Positions 9,284 to 21,242 are shown, counted from the stretch's first letter. The stretch is DNA of 33,727 bases from Octopus sinensis (GCF_006345805.1 NW_021832067.1:1-33727), one strand, 5' to 3'. Notes: a model not told the origin generated them from the letters alone. Numbers and translations are program-made.

Positions 9284-9680
9284 AATGTGAATGTCAGTGT
9301 GTCAGTGTGTCGCACTTTTTCAACTTTACTCCTACAGGCTGTAACCCAACATATCATACCATTTTTGAATCAGGCTGACTCTGTGAGTAAATTAAAAACA
9401 TTCCAGGCCGAATCCGGACCTGCAATCCTGAAATTTGGGATTCCTATGTTGTCATTATTGCAATTGTTTTCGACGATTTTTTTTTTTTTACATGATTTTT
9501 GGCGACGAATATGATCACCATTGGGATATGACTCTGGAGGAAGCAACTGCAACAAATTTTCCAAAACAAGTCAGAGATCTGTTTGCAGATCTTCCCATTT
9601 GGGGTCAATTGCTTAAAAGCTATATGTTAGCTTAAAAGCCGCACGATAGGGCTACTATATAGCTTTTCAAGCTTATAGGG

Positions 9681-9995
9681 GTGAAGGCCTTGGCTTAGTG
9701 TTTAGGGGTTTTCGGTTCACAATCGTAGGGTCGTGAGTTCAGTTCCCTGCGACCCGCTGTGTCCTTGAGCAAGACACTTTATTCATGTTGCTCCACTCCA
9801 CTCAGCTGGCAAAAATAAGTAGAACCTGTATTTCAAAGGACCAGCCTTGCCACATTATGTGTCACACTGAATCTCTCCGAGAACTACGTTAAGGGTACAC
9901 GTATCTGTGGAGTACTCAGCCACTTGCACGTTTATTTCACGAGCAGGCTGTTCCATTGATCGGATCAACTGAAGCCCACGTCGATGGAGTGCTAC
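9681..9995 (+). mobile_element. tRNA/CORE-type SINE, family E
   Basis: GTGAAGGCCTTGGCTTAGTG..., B box GAGTTCAGTTCC, CORE-like GTGTCCTTGAGCAAGACACTT, body CAGCCACTTGCACG...CGAGCAGGCTGTTCC shared with 23195-23507. Confidence 0.8.
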
Positions 9996-10014
9996 TACTA
10001 ATGGGTAATATTTT

Positions 10015-10237
10015 AAGGCGACGAGCGTGGCAGAATCGTTAGCACGCTGCACAAAAATTCTTAGCAGCATTTCGTCCGTCTTTCCGTACTGAGTTCAAAT
10101 TCCGCCGAGGTCAATGTTGCTTTTCATCATTTTGGGGTCGATAAAATAAGTACCATTTGTGCAACTGGGGTCGATGTAACTGACATATACCCACCTCCCA
10201 AATTTCAGGCCTTGTGCCTAGAATAGAAAGTATTATT
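10015..10237 (+). mobile_element. Family-A SINE monomer with CCTTGTGCCTAGAATAGAAAG 3' end
   Basis: AAGGCGACGAGCGTGGCAGAATCGTTAGC head, GAGTTCAAATTCC B box, GGGGTCGAT doublet. Confidence 0.85.
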
Positions 10238-10253
10238 TTGAGTGATTTTTAAG

Positions 10254-10340
10254 GCGACGAGTTGGTAGAACTGTTAAAGCGTCGAAAACAATGCTTTGCA
10301 GTATTTTCTAATCTGGGTTCAAATCTTGTTGAGGTCGACA
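10254..10340 (+). mobile_element. Degenerate family-A head fragment
   Basis: AAGGCGACGAGTTGGTAGAA...GGGTTCAAATC...GAGGTCGAC. Confidence 0.6.
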
Positions 10341-10723
10341 AAGCAAGGAAAGTTACCTAGACCTTCAAACGGTACCTGAGCAAATTCGGTCAAGAAATAC
10401 CAAACAAACTATTCACGGATATATTAAATACCATACAATATGAATTCTTGATTTATTAAAATTACCTTCACCGGGTGAAGATGTATTGTAATTAGCAAAT
10501 AAAAATTGAGATTAGCTTCACATGGGAAGGGGGAGATAATCTCAAAAGTCAAGAATTTTCCAAAACTGACATGTCATTAAAAAAAAGGACAAGCTTATAG
10601 CCTGGACAGTTGCGGACACGTGTTTCAATAGCCATCATCAATACGACAATTGTCCGACCTTATCACCAGGACACGAAAAGACCTAGACTTACACAAAAAA
10701 GATTAAAACACATTTACGACCAA

Positions 10724-10910
10724 TGTAATTTGCATAATTTAAACATACAGATGCAGGAGTGGCTGTGTGGTAAGTAGCTTACTTACCAACCACATGGTTC
10801 CGGGTTCAGTCCCACTGAGAGGCACTTTGGCCAAATGTCTTCTGCTATAGCCTCGGGTCGACCAAAGCCTTGTGAGTGGATTTGGTAGACGAAAACTAAA
10901 AGAAGCCAGT

Positions 10911-10959
<49 letters not shown>

Positions 10960-11310
10960 CTGTGTGTGTCTGTGTCTGTGTTTGTATACGTTTGTGTGTC
11001 TGTATTTGTCCCTGCCAACATCGCTTGACAACCGATGCTGGTGTATTTACGACCCCGTAACTTAGCGGTTCGGCAAAAAAAAATACTAATAGAATAAGTA
11101 CTAGGCTTACAAAGAATAAGCCTTGGAGCCATTTTGCTCGACTAAAGGCGGTGCTCCAGCATGGCCGCAGTCAAATGACTGAAACAAGTAAAAGAATAAA
11201 AGAATAAAAGCATTTGTGGCCTAGTTAATTTGCATAATTTAAACATGTATGGATTAGTTAATTTGCATAATTTAATCATTTATGGCCTGCAAACTTTGCA
11301 TAATTTAAAC
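10724..11310 (+). repeat. 33-bp tandem repeat (4 units) carrying octamer ATTTGCAT, split by a SINE
   Basis: ATTTGCAT at 10728, 11228, 11261 and variant CTTTGCAT at 11294 (period 33); the SINE at 10749-11210 lies between units 1 and 2. Confidence 0.8.
10749..11210 (+). mobile_element. Family-B SINE, full length, with internal (TG)n
   Basis: Head GCAGGAGTGGCTGTGTGGTAAG, B box GGGTTCAGTCC, tail GGCGGTGCTCCAGCATGGCCGCAGTCAAATGACTGAAAC followed by (TAAAAGAA)n. Confidence 0.92.
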
Positions 11311-11569
11311 ATTTAAACCAAAAATGAGCCAAGAGAAGTAACTCAAAGCAGCCAGTTGCATGTATTTGAATAACATAGACTAATACAGGTATGTCAAATA
11401 CCATACAACATAAAGTCTTGATTTATCAGAATTAACACCCGAATGTGTTTCGGCAAACAACTCCCTATTCGAGTAGGGATTTGGTTAATTAAAATAATAT
11501 TTTACTCGATCGTGCTGTTTTCATCACCTGAGACAATGCACCTGGAAATCTTTATCTAAGATAGTTAAA

Positions 11570-11650
11570 TATGCGTGTATGCATGGATGTATGTATAACT
11601 GAGTTTAATACGTGTGTGCACATACATACATGCGTATGTATATATATATA

Positions 11651-11745
<95 letters not shown>

Positions 11746-12344
11746 CGGGAAGCTTTATGAAAATAAACAAAAGACGAAGGCAGCTGGAGTACAAACAAAC
11801 AATTGTATTTGTATGGCGCTCAGGAATATAAATAAAACAAGTCTTTTACGTTTCGAGCCTACGCTCTTCAACAGAAAGATACACAGAAAAGAAACACAGA
11901 AAGAAGGAGAGAAAAAAAATGCGTGCAGAGGCTAGCGAATCAACATATACATATATATATGTACATATACATATGTACATATATATATGCGCATATATAT
12001 ATATGTACATATATATATATGCACATATTTATATATACACACGTATATACGTGCACATGTATATGTATTTATGTAGATACATGCGTGTATAACTAAGTTT
12101 AAATATGTGTGTACAAACATACATGCATATATATATATATATATATTATATAATATTATATATATATATACACATATATATAATATATATAAAATCAGAC
12201 ATGTGTGTATATGTATACATTTATGCATGTATACATGGGTGTATATATTAATATATGTACATGTACGTATATCTAAGTTTACATAAGTGCGTTTGTGCTC
12301 ATAGATAATTAGATAGAAAGACAGGGAGAAAGACAGACAGCTAC

Positions 12345-12427
<83 letters not shown>
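11570..12427. repeat. (TA)n, degenerate TA/CA and (GATA)n tracts
   Basis: Direct reading; includes a non-repeat island at ~11725-11940. Confidence 0.9.
11842..11879 (-). ncRNA. Minimal type-I hammerhead-ribozyme-like motif (A6U variant) in a Penelope-LTR-like element
   Basis: TCTTT-CTGTTGA-A-GAGC(GTAG)GCTC-GAA-ACGT-A-AAAGA: stem I TCTTT/AAAGA, perfect stem II, palindromic stem III ACGT, GUA triplet. Confidence 0.6.
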
Positions 12428-12428
<1 letters not shown>

Positions 12429-12570
12429 GCTTCTTTATTGGCCACACAGGGTTGCACACAAATGGGACAAATTACAAGGTAGAGCTTTTCTTTTGGGGGA
12501 TGAAAAAAAAAAGTGGCGTAGGTTTTCGATCAAAAGGGATCGTAAAAGGGAAAACAGAAAAAAAAAAGAT
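12428..12570 (-). mobile_element. Possible L1/Tx1-like LINE 3'UTR remnant
   Basis: Minus strand T-rich UTR ending CCCTGTGTGGCCAATAAAGAAG directly followed by (TATC)n. Confidence 0.35.
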
Positions 12571-12844
12571 AGATAGATAGATATAAACACATATATATAC
12601 ATACATTATACAAACATATGTATGTATATGCATTTGTGCGTGGGCATGTGTGTGTTTGCGTGTGAGTGTCTACACATCAGACCTACGTCAAGTGTTTTGT
12701 GCGTCAGGTAAGGAGGAATGGGGAGGAATTCGATTTCTCCCCATATGCTTTTGTTTTGTTTTGTGTTTTTTTGTATCGTTTCTGTCCTGTTGACTCTCGT
12801 GTGTTTACATAAGATGGATTTATACACGCCTTTACTAATAACCA

Positions 12845-12891
12845 TATATACATATATATATATACATATATATATACTATATACATATATA

Positions 12892-12936
<45 letters not shown>

Positions 12937-12938
12937 TC

Positions 12939-13030
<92 letters not shown>

Positions 13031-13032
13031 CA

Positions 13033-13105
<73 letters not shown>

Positions 13106-13264
13106 TAGATTTGATGTATTGACAACGTGGGTGTGAGGCTGGCGAAAGGCAAAAAGATAGCATCGATCGATCGAGTCCAGAGTTTCATAAAATAGATATA
13201 TATGGACAACTCATATTTGGTCGTGACTTCTTTCTTACATCGCGATATTACTTTGTTTGCTAAC

Positions 13265-13298
<34 letters not shown>

Positions 13299-13350
13299 AT
13301 AGTTGTTGTAGTGGTCGTTGCTGTTGCTGTTGTTGTTGTTGTTTTTTATT
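12845..13350. repeat. (TA)n/(CA)n tract and (GTT)n tract
   Basis: (TA) at ~12845-13100, (GTT) at ~13262-13350. Confidence 0.9.
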
Positions 13351-13517
13351 GTTATTGTTTTTGTGTTAATGCGATTCTGTGTTAGTTACGATGTCGTAAA
13401 ACGGTGGCGGTCTGTCTGGACACGGCCGTCTGGTTCTCTAGAGGTTCATTTGAAATGTACGCGATGCTTTCTCAGTGCTAGTGTCCCCTTCCGAGAAGGG
13501 TTTTATTTTTGCGTGTG

Positions 13518-13690
13518 TAAACGTGGCTGCGTGTCTGTGAAGTGTGTTTCGCAACCATGTAGTCTCAGGTTCAGTCCTACTTGCAGCTCCCATTCAACAA
13601 ATACCATTCTGCTATGGCTTCCGCGAATGAATCAGTGAACTCGGTAGACGAAAACTAATAAGAAGCATGCCATGTTTGTGTGCGTGTGTG
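13518..13690 (+). mobile_element. Highly degenerate family-B SINE head
   Basis: GTGGCTG...AACCATGTAG...AGGTTCAGTCC...GGTAGACGAAAACTAATAAGAAGC. Confidence 0.55.
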
Positions 13691-14378
13691 TATATAAAGG
13701 GAGAGAGAGATAAATGTAGGGATAAGCAAGTTAGATAGATAAATATATGAAGTATATTAAATACATAAACAAATAAAACAATCTTATAAATATTCTTACC
13801 AATTTTCTTTCAAATGATAAGTGATTCTAGATCTTTCAAATATTTTTAACTCAAGAAAACCTATTATCAAATTTGCCTATGTTGGGGATACATTGGTTCT
13901 TATTGCCGTTCCATTGTTAAGCCTGCATATCATGTGGCGACATTTGTTCACATTGACGATGCTGATCCAAATTTTTGTTGTATTTTGTTGAGTCAAAATG
14001 TATGATTTTTTTTGCGAATAACTTGAAATCCTTCAATTATAAATTCATTTCCTTAGATTTCATAGAGCATTTCTTAAACCAAAAAATGCATTGATTCTAT
14101 TCCATATTTATGCAGTATATTTTTATACAGGTTAACAACACCAGTTGAAACACTTGTGGTTTCTACATTTGCTATACATGAAAGGTTAATTTCACATCTC
14201 CAATACAGCACAGTATTGCTTTCAAATACAGTTTCTCTTTTATACCTAAGAATATACCGAATTGATGGGTGTGTGTGTGTGTATAAAGAGAGAGAGAGAG
14301 GGAGAGAAATGTGGGGATAAGCAAGTTAGACAGATAAATATATGAAGTGTATTAAATACATGAACAAGAAAAAAATAT

Positions 14379-14797
<419 letters not shown>

Positions 14798-15089
14798 TTC
14801 AATATAAACATAACGATAACTCCTCTCAACATAAACATAACGACGTAAGAAATTTGAAAAGCTAAACGCGAAACCGGTCTTTCTTCTAAATTATGTCATT
14901 GTAGGAAAAAAATTGCAATATTCTTCAGACATATTGACTTAAATATATATTCTTTAACCTTTTAAAACAAGCCTTCTGTAGTTTTTTCACTTTTTACTAT
15001 TTTCTATTATTCAACCACGTGCTTTCACAAACCAACTTTCTTATATATAATATATATATATATATAAACAACAGATGGATAATGTGTCA

Positions 15090-15175
15090 ATTCACTACAA
15101 CTGTTTCGTACGAATTCTAATTGATTAATGGAGGCATCACATCATTAGAAAAAAAAACGTTTTCATCAGGTAAAC
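15090..15175 (-). ncRNA. Hammerhead-ribozyme-like motif with canonical CUGAUGA/GAAA and long stem II
   Basis: GTTTAC-CTGATGA-[stem II ACG..TTCTAAT..ATTAGAA..CGT]-GAA-ACAGTTGT-A-GTGAAT; stem I GUUUAC/GUGAAU; near-palindromic stem III. Confidence 0.55.
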
Positions 15176-15493
15176 ACATGAATCACAACATTGAAGAACA
15201 TTCAAAAGCCATTGCACTCTCTCTTCACATTCGATCACGGTCTTACGTAGTAGAATTACCAACGTAGTTATACAGTAAAAGATTTCCTAGCCTCGGAGCC
15301 CACCGATTGAACTTTTCGTTTTGATTACTCTAATATACCTTTTGTAACTATTTTATACCTATCTTAATTGGTAATAAAACGTATCTATAATATAATAGAT
15401 TGACTAATCCACTTGGCCCCCTACCATATATATTATATTTTATTACATTTAATTTTATTACATTTATTTTATCAGACCCATTACTTCTTATCT

Positions 15494-15916
15494 TACTTCT
15501 TTATTGCCCGCAAGGACAGACAAAGGGATTAAACCGATTACATCGACCCCAGTGCGTAACTGGTACTTAATTTATCGACCTCGGAAGGGTGAAAGGCAAA
15601 GTCGGTCTCGGCGGAATTTGAACTCAGAACGTAACGGCAGACGAAATACCGCTAAGCATTTCGCCCGGCGTGCTAACATTTCTTATTTCTTTATTGCCCA
15701 CAAGGGGCTAAACATAGAGGGGACAAACAAGGACAGACAAACGGATTAAGTCTATTACATCGACCCCAGTGCGTAACTGGTACTTAATTTATCGAACCCA
15801 AAAGGATGAAAGGCAAAGTCGACCTCGGCGGATTTTGAACTCAGAACGTAACGGCAGACGAAATACCGCTAAGCATTTCGTTCGGCGTGCTAACGTTTCT
15901 GCCAGCTCGCCGCCTT
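15494..15916 (-). mobile_element. Family-A SINE dimer; both units retain head sequence
   Basis: Unit 15683-15916 has the complete head; unit 15494-15682 has a head truncated at GCTAACATTTC. Confidence 0.85.
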
Positions 15917-16161
15917 ATTCTCTTTTCTTTTTTTTCTGTGTGAGACAGCGCCAGTGTTGTCAGGGTTGGAAGAATTCTACAAGTGTTCATGTTAACGAAG
16001 TAACCACACGGCTAAGCCTACACACAAATTACTTCTCATCTTATAGCTGTATTAACTGAAAATATAAATACATGCTTGTTCTGAACCGGCTACTATGTAA
16101 TTGATATTGGCCCGATTTTTTTATGTCATCGATCTTAAAGATTGCCTTATATATTTTATTC

Positions 16162-16558
16162 CTTTACTTGTATTTTTTCATTTGACTGCGGCCATGCTGG
16201 GGCACCGCCTTGAGAGTTTTCAGTCGAACTAATCGATTCCAGAACTTATTTTTTTAAGCCTAGTACTTACTGTATCAGAGTCTTTTGCTGAACTACTAAG
16301 TTACGGGGTCGTAAACACACCAACACCGGTTGTCAAACGATGGTGGTATAGCACAAACACAGACACAAAATCTCACACTCATAGACATATACATATATAT
16401 ACGACTGGCTTCTTTCAGTTTCCGTCTACCAAATTCATTCAGGAGGCTTTGGTCGGCCCGAGGTTATAGTAAAAGACACTTACCTAAGATACCACGCAGT
16501 GGAACTGAACCCGAAACCATGTGGTTGGGAAACAAGTTTCTTGCCACACAGCCACGCC
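16162..16558 (-). mobile_element. Family-B SINE, moderately degenerate
   Basis: TTTGACTGCGGCCATGCTGGGGCACCGCC tail; head ends CTTGCCACACAGCCACGCC. Confidence 0.85.
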
Positions 16559-16589
16559 TCTCTGAAACTTTTAGAAATCTTTTTTAAAA

Positions 16590-16791
16590 TCTATTATATA
16601 AAATCCGTTCTGTCTGTCTGTGTGTCTTCTAGGATCTTGGGCATCTTCCATCCGATTGCGCTCAAATTCGATATGTAGATACGGACGGTATCAGCGCGTG
16701 TATAAGTCTTGAAAAAATTACAAAAATCGATTCCAGGTGAGAATGCGATCGATAAAGCCGTTTTTGTCCAGCTTTTATTCCGTCAGCCAGT
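16590..16791 (+). mobile_element. Possible non-autonomous Helitron/Helentron-associated element
   Basis: Starts A|TCTATTATATAAAA, then (CTGT)n and CCGATTGCGCTCAAATTCG, the usual HINE/DINE layout; possible decayed 3' CCAG|T. Confidence 0.45.
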
Positions 16792-17384
16792 ACATAACTG
16801 CACCTTCCATTTTTTGTTGTTTTTGTACTGCTTAAAGGCACGTTTCTTTCCAGCCAAGCTTACTGTTTAAACCATGTTTGTGTTCTCCCAGTCAACAGCC
16901 TTATCAATACTGGTACTTTAAACTCTTCGGTTGCATATTTGTGTGAATAAAATCGTTTTTCTTTGGAATAGAAAAAAAGTCTATCTTTATTTCTTCTTTT
17001 GCTGGTGTCTCAAATTTAGGTTAAATCAGTGTTTCTCAAAGGGGAGGCCTATGGGACAGTCGGACAAGTTGTTTTGAGAAAATTTGGTTTAAATGTTTGA
17101 CAACTCAGCACTGTCCATACATCATATTGCTGTATCAGTAAAAATTCCACATTTCTCGATGTATACCTTAAGGGTATATACTTCGATGTATACTTTATAC
17201 TTATAAACTAATAATACTAATTTGTATCAATGTTTTAGTAAGATTAATGCGTGCATTTATATTGATATTTATTTTTTTTTTATTTATATCTGATTATTTA
17301 TAATCTATAGTTAGAAATAGTTTATGCATTATGTACTGATATGCCTTATGTCGTATGCAATATGTATAAATATGTACTTATATA

Positions 17385-18646
17385 CTGGGTCATCTCATAA
17401 ATAATGCAGTTTTTTCAATTGCATGAACTAAAACTCGGAGGGTTACAGGATAAACTACCTGCATCAACTTGCTATAAAAGCAGGTAGTAATTTTACCTTG
17501 TACTTATTTTTAGTAGAATGGAGTTCGATTTTAACAGTTATTTTTTCAAAGCTATAATCGAAGTGAGAAAGAGTCATATTCGGTATAGTTTGTTTTATGA
17601 GTTCATTAAAGGAAACAACGCAATGGAAAAGTGCTAGGAATATTAATGCAATATATGGAAATAGGACAGTAAGTGTAAGCCAGTGTCAACGGTGGTTCCA
17701 GAAATTCCGAGCCGGAAACTACAGCTTCGAAGATGATCCTCGTCCTGGAAGATCTGTAGAGCTCGAAGAGGAAGTCCGGAAAATCCTGGTGGGAGAAAAT
17801 TCCATCGTACCTGTTGAGGAACTAGCAGAAAAGCATGCCTTTGGTCATTCAACCATTCATCGACACCTGCGTGCCATCAGAAAAGTCAGTAAATTGGTTC
17901 AATGGGTTTCTCACAAACTTTCCGAGTCTAATCGCGCGCAGAGAGTGAATGTGTGCTCTTCTGTGTTGTCACGTCTCACGAATGAACCTTTTTTTTTTGT
18001 TTTGGGGATGGATCGAATAGTGACTGGTGACGAGAAATGGCTTCTCTATAAAACTGTCAAGCGCCGAAGATAGTGGTTTGGGAAAGGAGAAACACCGGCA
18101 CCCCAGGCTGAAGAAGGTCTTCACCCACGTAAGGTGTTGTTATCTGTTTGGTAGGATATGAAAGGTCTAGTACACTTTGAGCTTTTAAACCCAAACCAAA
18201 CGGTAACAAAGGAGATATACTGCAAGCAGCTTGAGCGGCGTAAGTCAGCGCTTGAAGAAAAACGACCATCTTTGGTTTCAAGACGAAACGTGTTCTTCCA
18301 TCAGGATTAATGCTTGGTCACATACAGCAAGGATGACATTCCAAAGGCTGGAGCAGTTTGAATGGGAAACGATTCCCCACCCACCATATTCGCTGGATAT
18401 TTTCCCATCTGATTATCATTCATTCCGCAATCTTCAAAATCATTTGGATGGAAAAATATGAATTCTGTAGACGAGGTCAGAACAGTACTTGAGGAATATT
18501 TTCCGTCATGGACAAGTGAATTTTGGAAGAGGAGCCTTGCTAGTCTACCAGATAGATGGAGGAGCATTGTAGAAAATAATTTTGTTTATCTTAATTTTGA
18601 AAAATAAAAGAAGCATAAAAAACGCGTTATTTATGGGATGGCCCAA
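17385..18646 (+). mobile_element. Full-length mariner transposon (~1262 bp)
   Basis: Imperfect ~30-bp TIRs CTGGGTCATCTCATAAATAATGCAGTTTTTT vs reverse complement TTGGGCCATCCCATAAATAACGCGTTTTTT; TA flanks at 17383-84 and 18647-48. Confidence 0.95.
17557..18595 (+). pseudogene. Mariner transposase pseudogene (D,D34D)
   Basis: HTH region QCQRWFQKFRAG, WVSHKL, IVTGDEKW, HQD, HPPYSLDIFPSDY with 34 residues between D2 and D3; the likely start reads ATC; several stops and frameshifts. Confidence 0.92.
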
Positions 18647-19090
18647 TATATACGTATGCATGTATATACGTATGTATATACGTGTGTATGCATGTATTTT
18701 TCTCTGTGCATACGTGTATATAAATATTAGTATGGATGTGCATATATACTTGACATTATGTACATGTGTGTATATGTTTGCGTTTTGATGAAATGAATTG
18801 TGAGTCGACTACAAGGTGGATGTCAAGTGCCACTCTGTACGACTACGATATAAGAATCTGTATACCTGCGATTGTTTACTTCCAATTCCTGAAAAAAGTT
18901 ATTCTTCTTACCTCACGACATAAACATCGCCAGATCTTTTCTTCTTCCTTTTTGTTGGAACTTCTTTTCTTACTTTTTCTCCTTAATTATTTGAATTTTA
19001 TGAACTGTTTTTGGACTTTTTCTTTAATCAAACATGGCAAAGAACAAAGAGAAACTTGTGGAGTAGGAGATTACATCACCCCAAAAATTT

Positions 19091-19310
19091 GAAAAGAAGA
19101 CGGTGGTGTTGAGGACTTACTCCAAGTCCCTCGACACCATCGCCGGCTTCGAAAAAATTTAATAGCAAAAGAGTTGGAAAAATATATGCCAACTATTAAA
19201 TATATCTCTCGGGGGTCAAATATGCAACGGTATGGTTGCTATTTGACACCCCCGAAGAGGCTCGCAAATTCGCAAGCCAGCCCTTGGAGGGCAAAGAAAT
19301 TTGACGAGGA
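19091..19310 (+). pseudogene. Possible LINE (L1/Tx1-like) ORF1 RRM relic
   Basis: Frameshift-corrected KKTVVLRTYSKSLD.../LIAKELEKYMPTIKYISRG/VKYATVWLLFDTPEEARKFASQPLEGKEI*. Confidence 0.35.
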
Positions 19311-19723
19311 CTTGGGTCTGTTGGTTTGTTTCGCTGTGCTTTAGTTGCGATCTGTCTCAGGATAAAATACTTGGAAGGTAGGAGAATTAAAGGATATTCC
19401 AACTGTAGATAGAAAGACACAGATTCTAAAATGTGTCAATGTAAATGATGAACAGAGCTCAGTACAAGTTTGGGTGGGTATGAGACGTTGTGGAACAGCC
19501 GTCTTGGCGATGGGTCTTTGGCGTCGCAGAATCAACGCTGACTTATTTGACATAGAACGTTTTAATGTTTCTCTCGTTTTAATGCTTTCTCTTGTTCTTT
19601 CTCTTTGAAAGCATATGTATTTTTGTGTATATGAAGAGAAGGGAAGTGTTTGTGTTAATCATGTTTAATCAATATTTTGTAATGTCTCTCTCCACATTCT
19701 CTTTCTTACTCTCTCTCTCTCTC

Positions 19724-19758
<35 letters not shown>

Positions 19759-20530
19759 GAGAGTATATTTCTGCGCAAGCGTTTGCCTCCAGTTCCAAAA
19801 AGGACTGTCGTCAAAACAGGCTGAACGTCCAGTCAGCTGTACCAAATCGCCAGCGTTGAACTGTTTCATTTAGATGAACGGCGATAGGTGAAGAAAATAT
19901 GTTCACTGCGTTTCTTACTCTGTTGCAAGCAGAAATAACAACTGAGATATATTAAAGGTAGACGGGGACGACGGGGACGATAACGACAACAACAATAACA
20001 ATCTCTTTTTAAATTATTTTGAATCATTGCTTTCGCTCTGACGAGTTCGTCAGTACATTTACTTACCGCGATTAAGGTCGAATTGGAATTCAAGATATTT
20101 CAGTCAGAAGAGCTTTTGATCCCTCCCATTCAGCCGCAGGCAAGATATATACATTGAGGAGCTGCTTGGTACTGCTGCCACCCAGACCCCGGCGGATAGC
20201 ATCTTCTATCCACTGGGGCTCAATTCCGGGTGGCCAACCACAGACCCAAGCCCTCATGTGTGTGTCTGTGGGGGGGGGGGGGGTCTGAGTGGGTGTGAGG
20301 TCAATCCGCACCCTTTAATATAATTATTTATATAATTATAAATTAGCATAAATTAGTAATTTATATAATTATAAATTAGTATAAAATGTTACCTATATGT
20401 CTTTTGTTTCACGCCGGACGCTTGATAAAGTCATTAAAGTGATTTCATCCTTAATTCTCTGTGTATGTGTGTGTTTGTATGTGTGTCTCTGTGTGTGTGT
20501 GTTTGTGTTTGTGTGTGTGTATGTGTGTGC

Positions 20531-20567
<37 letters not shown>

Positions 20568-20641
20568 TGAGAGAGAGAGTGCATTTCCTTAGTGAAAGAG
20601 AAATGTTTTATATATGCATGCGTATAATGTGTGCGTGTGTT

Positions 20642-21235
20642 TACTCTTTTACTCTTTTATTTGTTTCAGTCTGAACGTCATTTGACTGTGGCCATGCTGG
20701 AGCACCGCCTTTAGTCGAGCAAATCGACCCCCAGGACTTATTCTTTGTAAGCCTAGTACTTATTCTATCGGTCTCTTTTGCCGAACCGCTAAGTTACGGG
20801 GACGTAAACACACCAGCATTGGTTGTCAAGCGATTTGGGGGGGGGACAAACACAAACACATAAACACACTCACACACATACATACATATATATTTTTTTT
20901 TTTTCTTTACTACCCCCAAGGGGCTAAACACAGAGGGGACAAACAAGGACAGACAAACAGATTAAGTCGATTGCATCGACCCCAGTGCGTAACTGGTACT
21001 TAATTTATCGACCCCGAAAGGATGAAAGGCAAAGTCGACCTCGGCGGAATTTGAACTCAGAACGTAACGGCAGACGAAATACGGCTACGCATTTCCCCCG
21101 GCGTGCTAACATTTCTGCCAGCTCGCCGCCTTACATATATACGACGGGCTTCTTTCAGTTTCCGTCTACCAAATCCACTCACAAGGATTTGGTCGGCCCG
21201 AGGCTATAGTAGAAGACACCTGCCCAAGGTGCCAC
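20642..21235 (-). mobile_element. Family-B SINE hosting a nested family-A monomer
   Basis: B tail 20642-20870, B head 21141-21235 (5'-truncated), family-A copy in the central microsatellite. Confidence 0.9.
20893..21132 (-). mobile_element. Family-A SINE monomer nested in a family-B SINE
   Basis: Complete head and body; TACATATATA on both flanks. Confidence 0.9.
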
Positions 21236-21242
21236 TCAAAAC

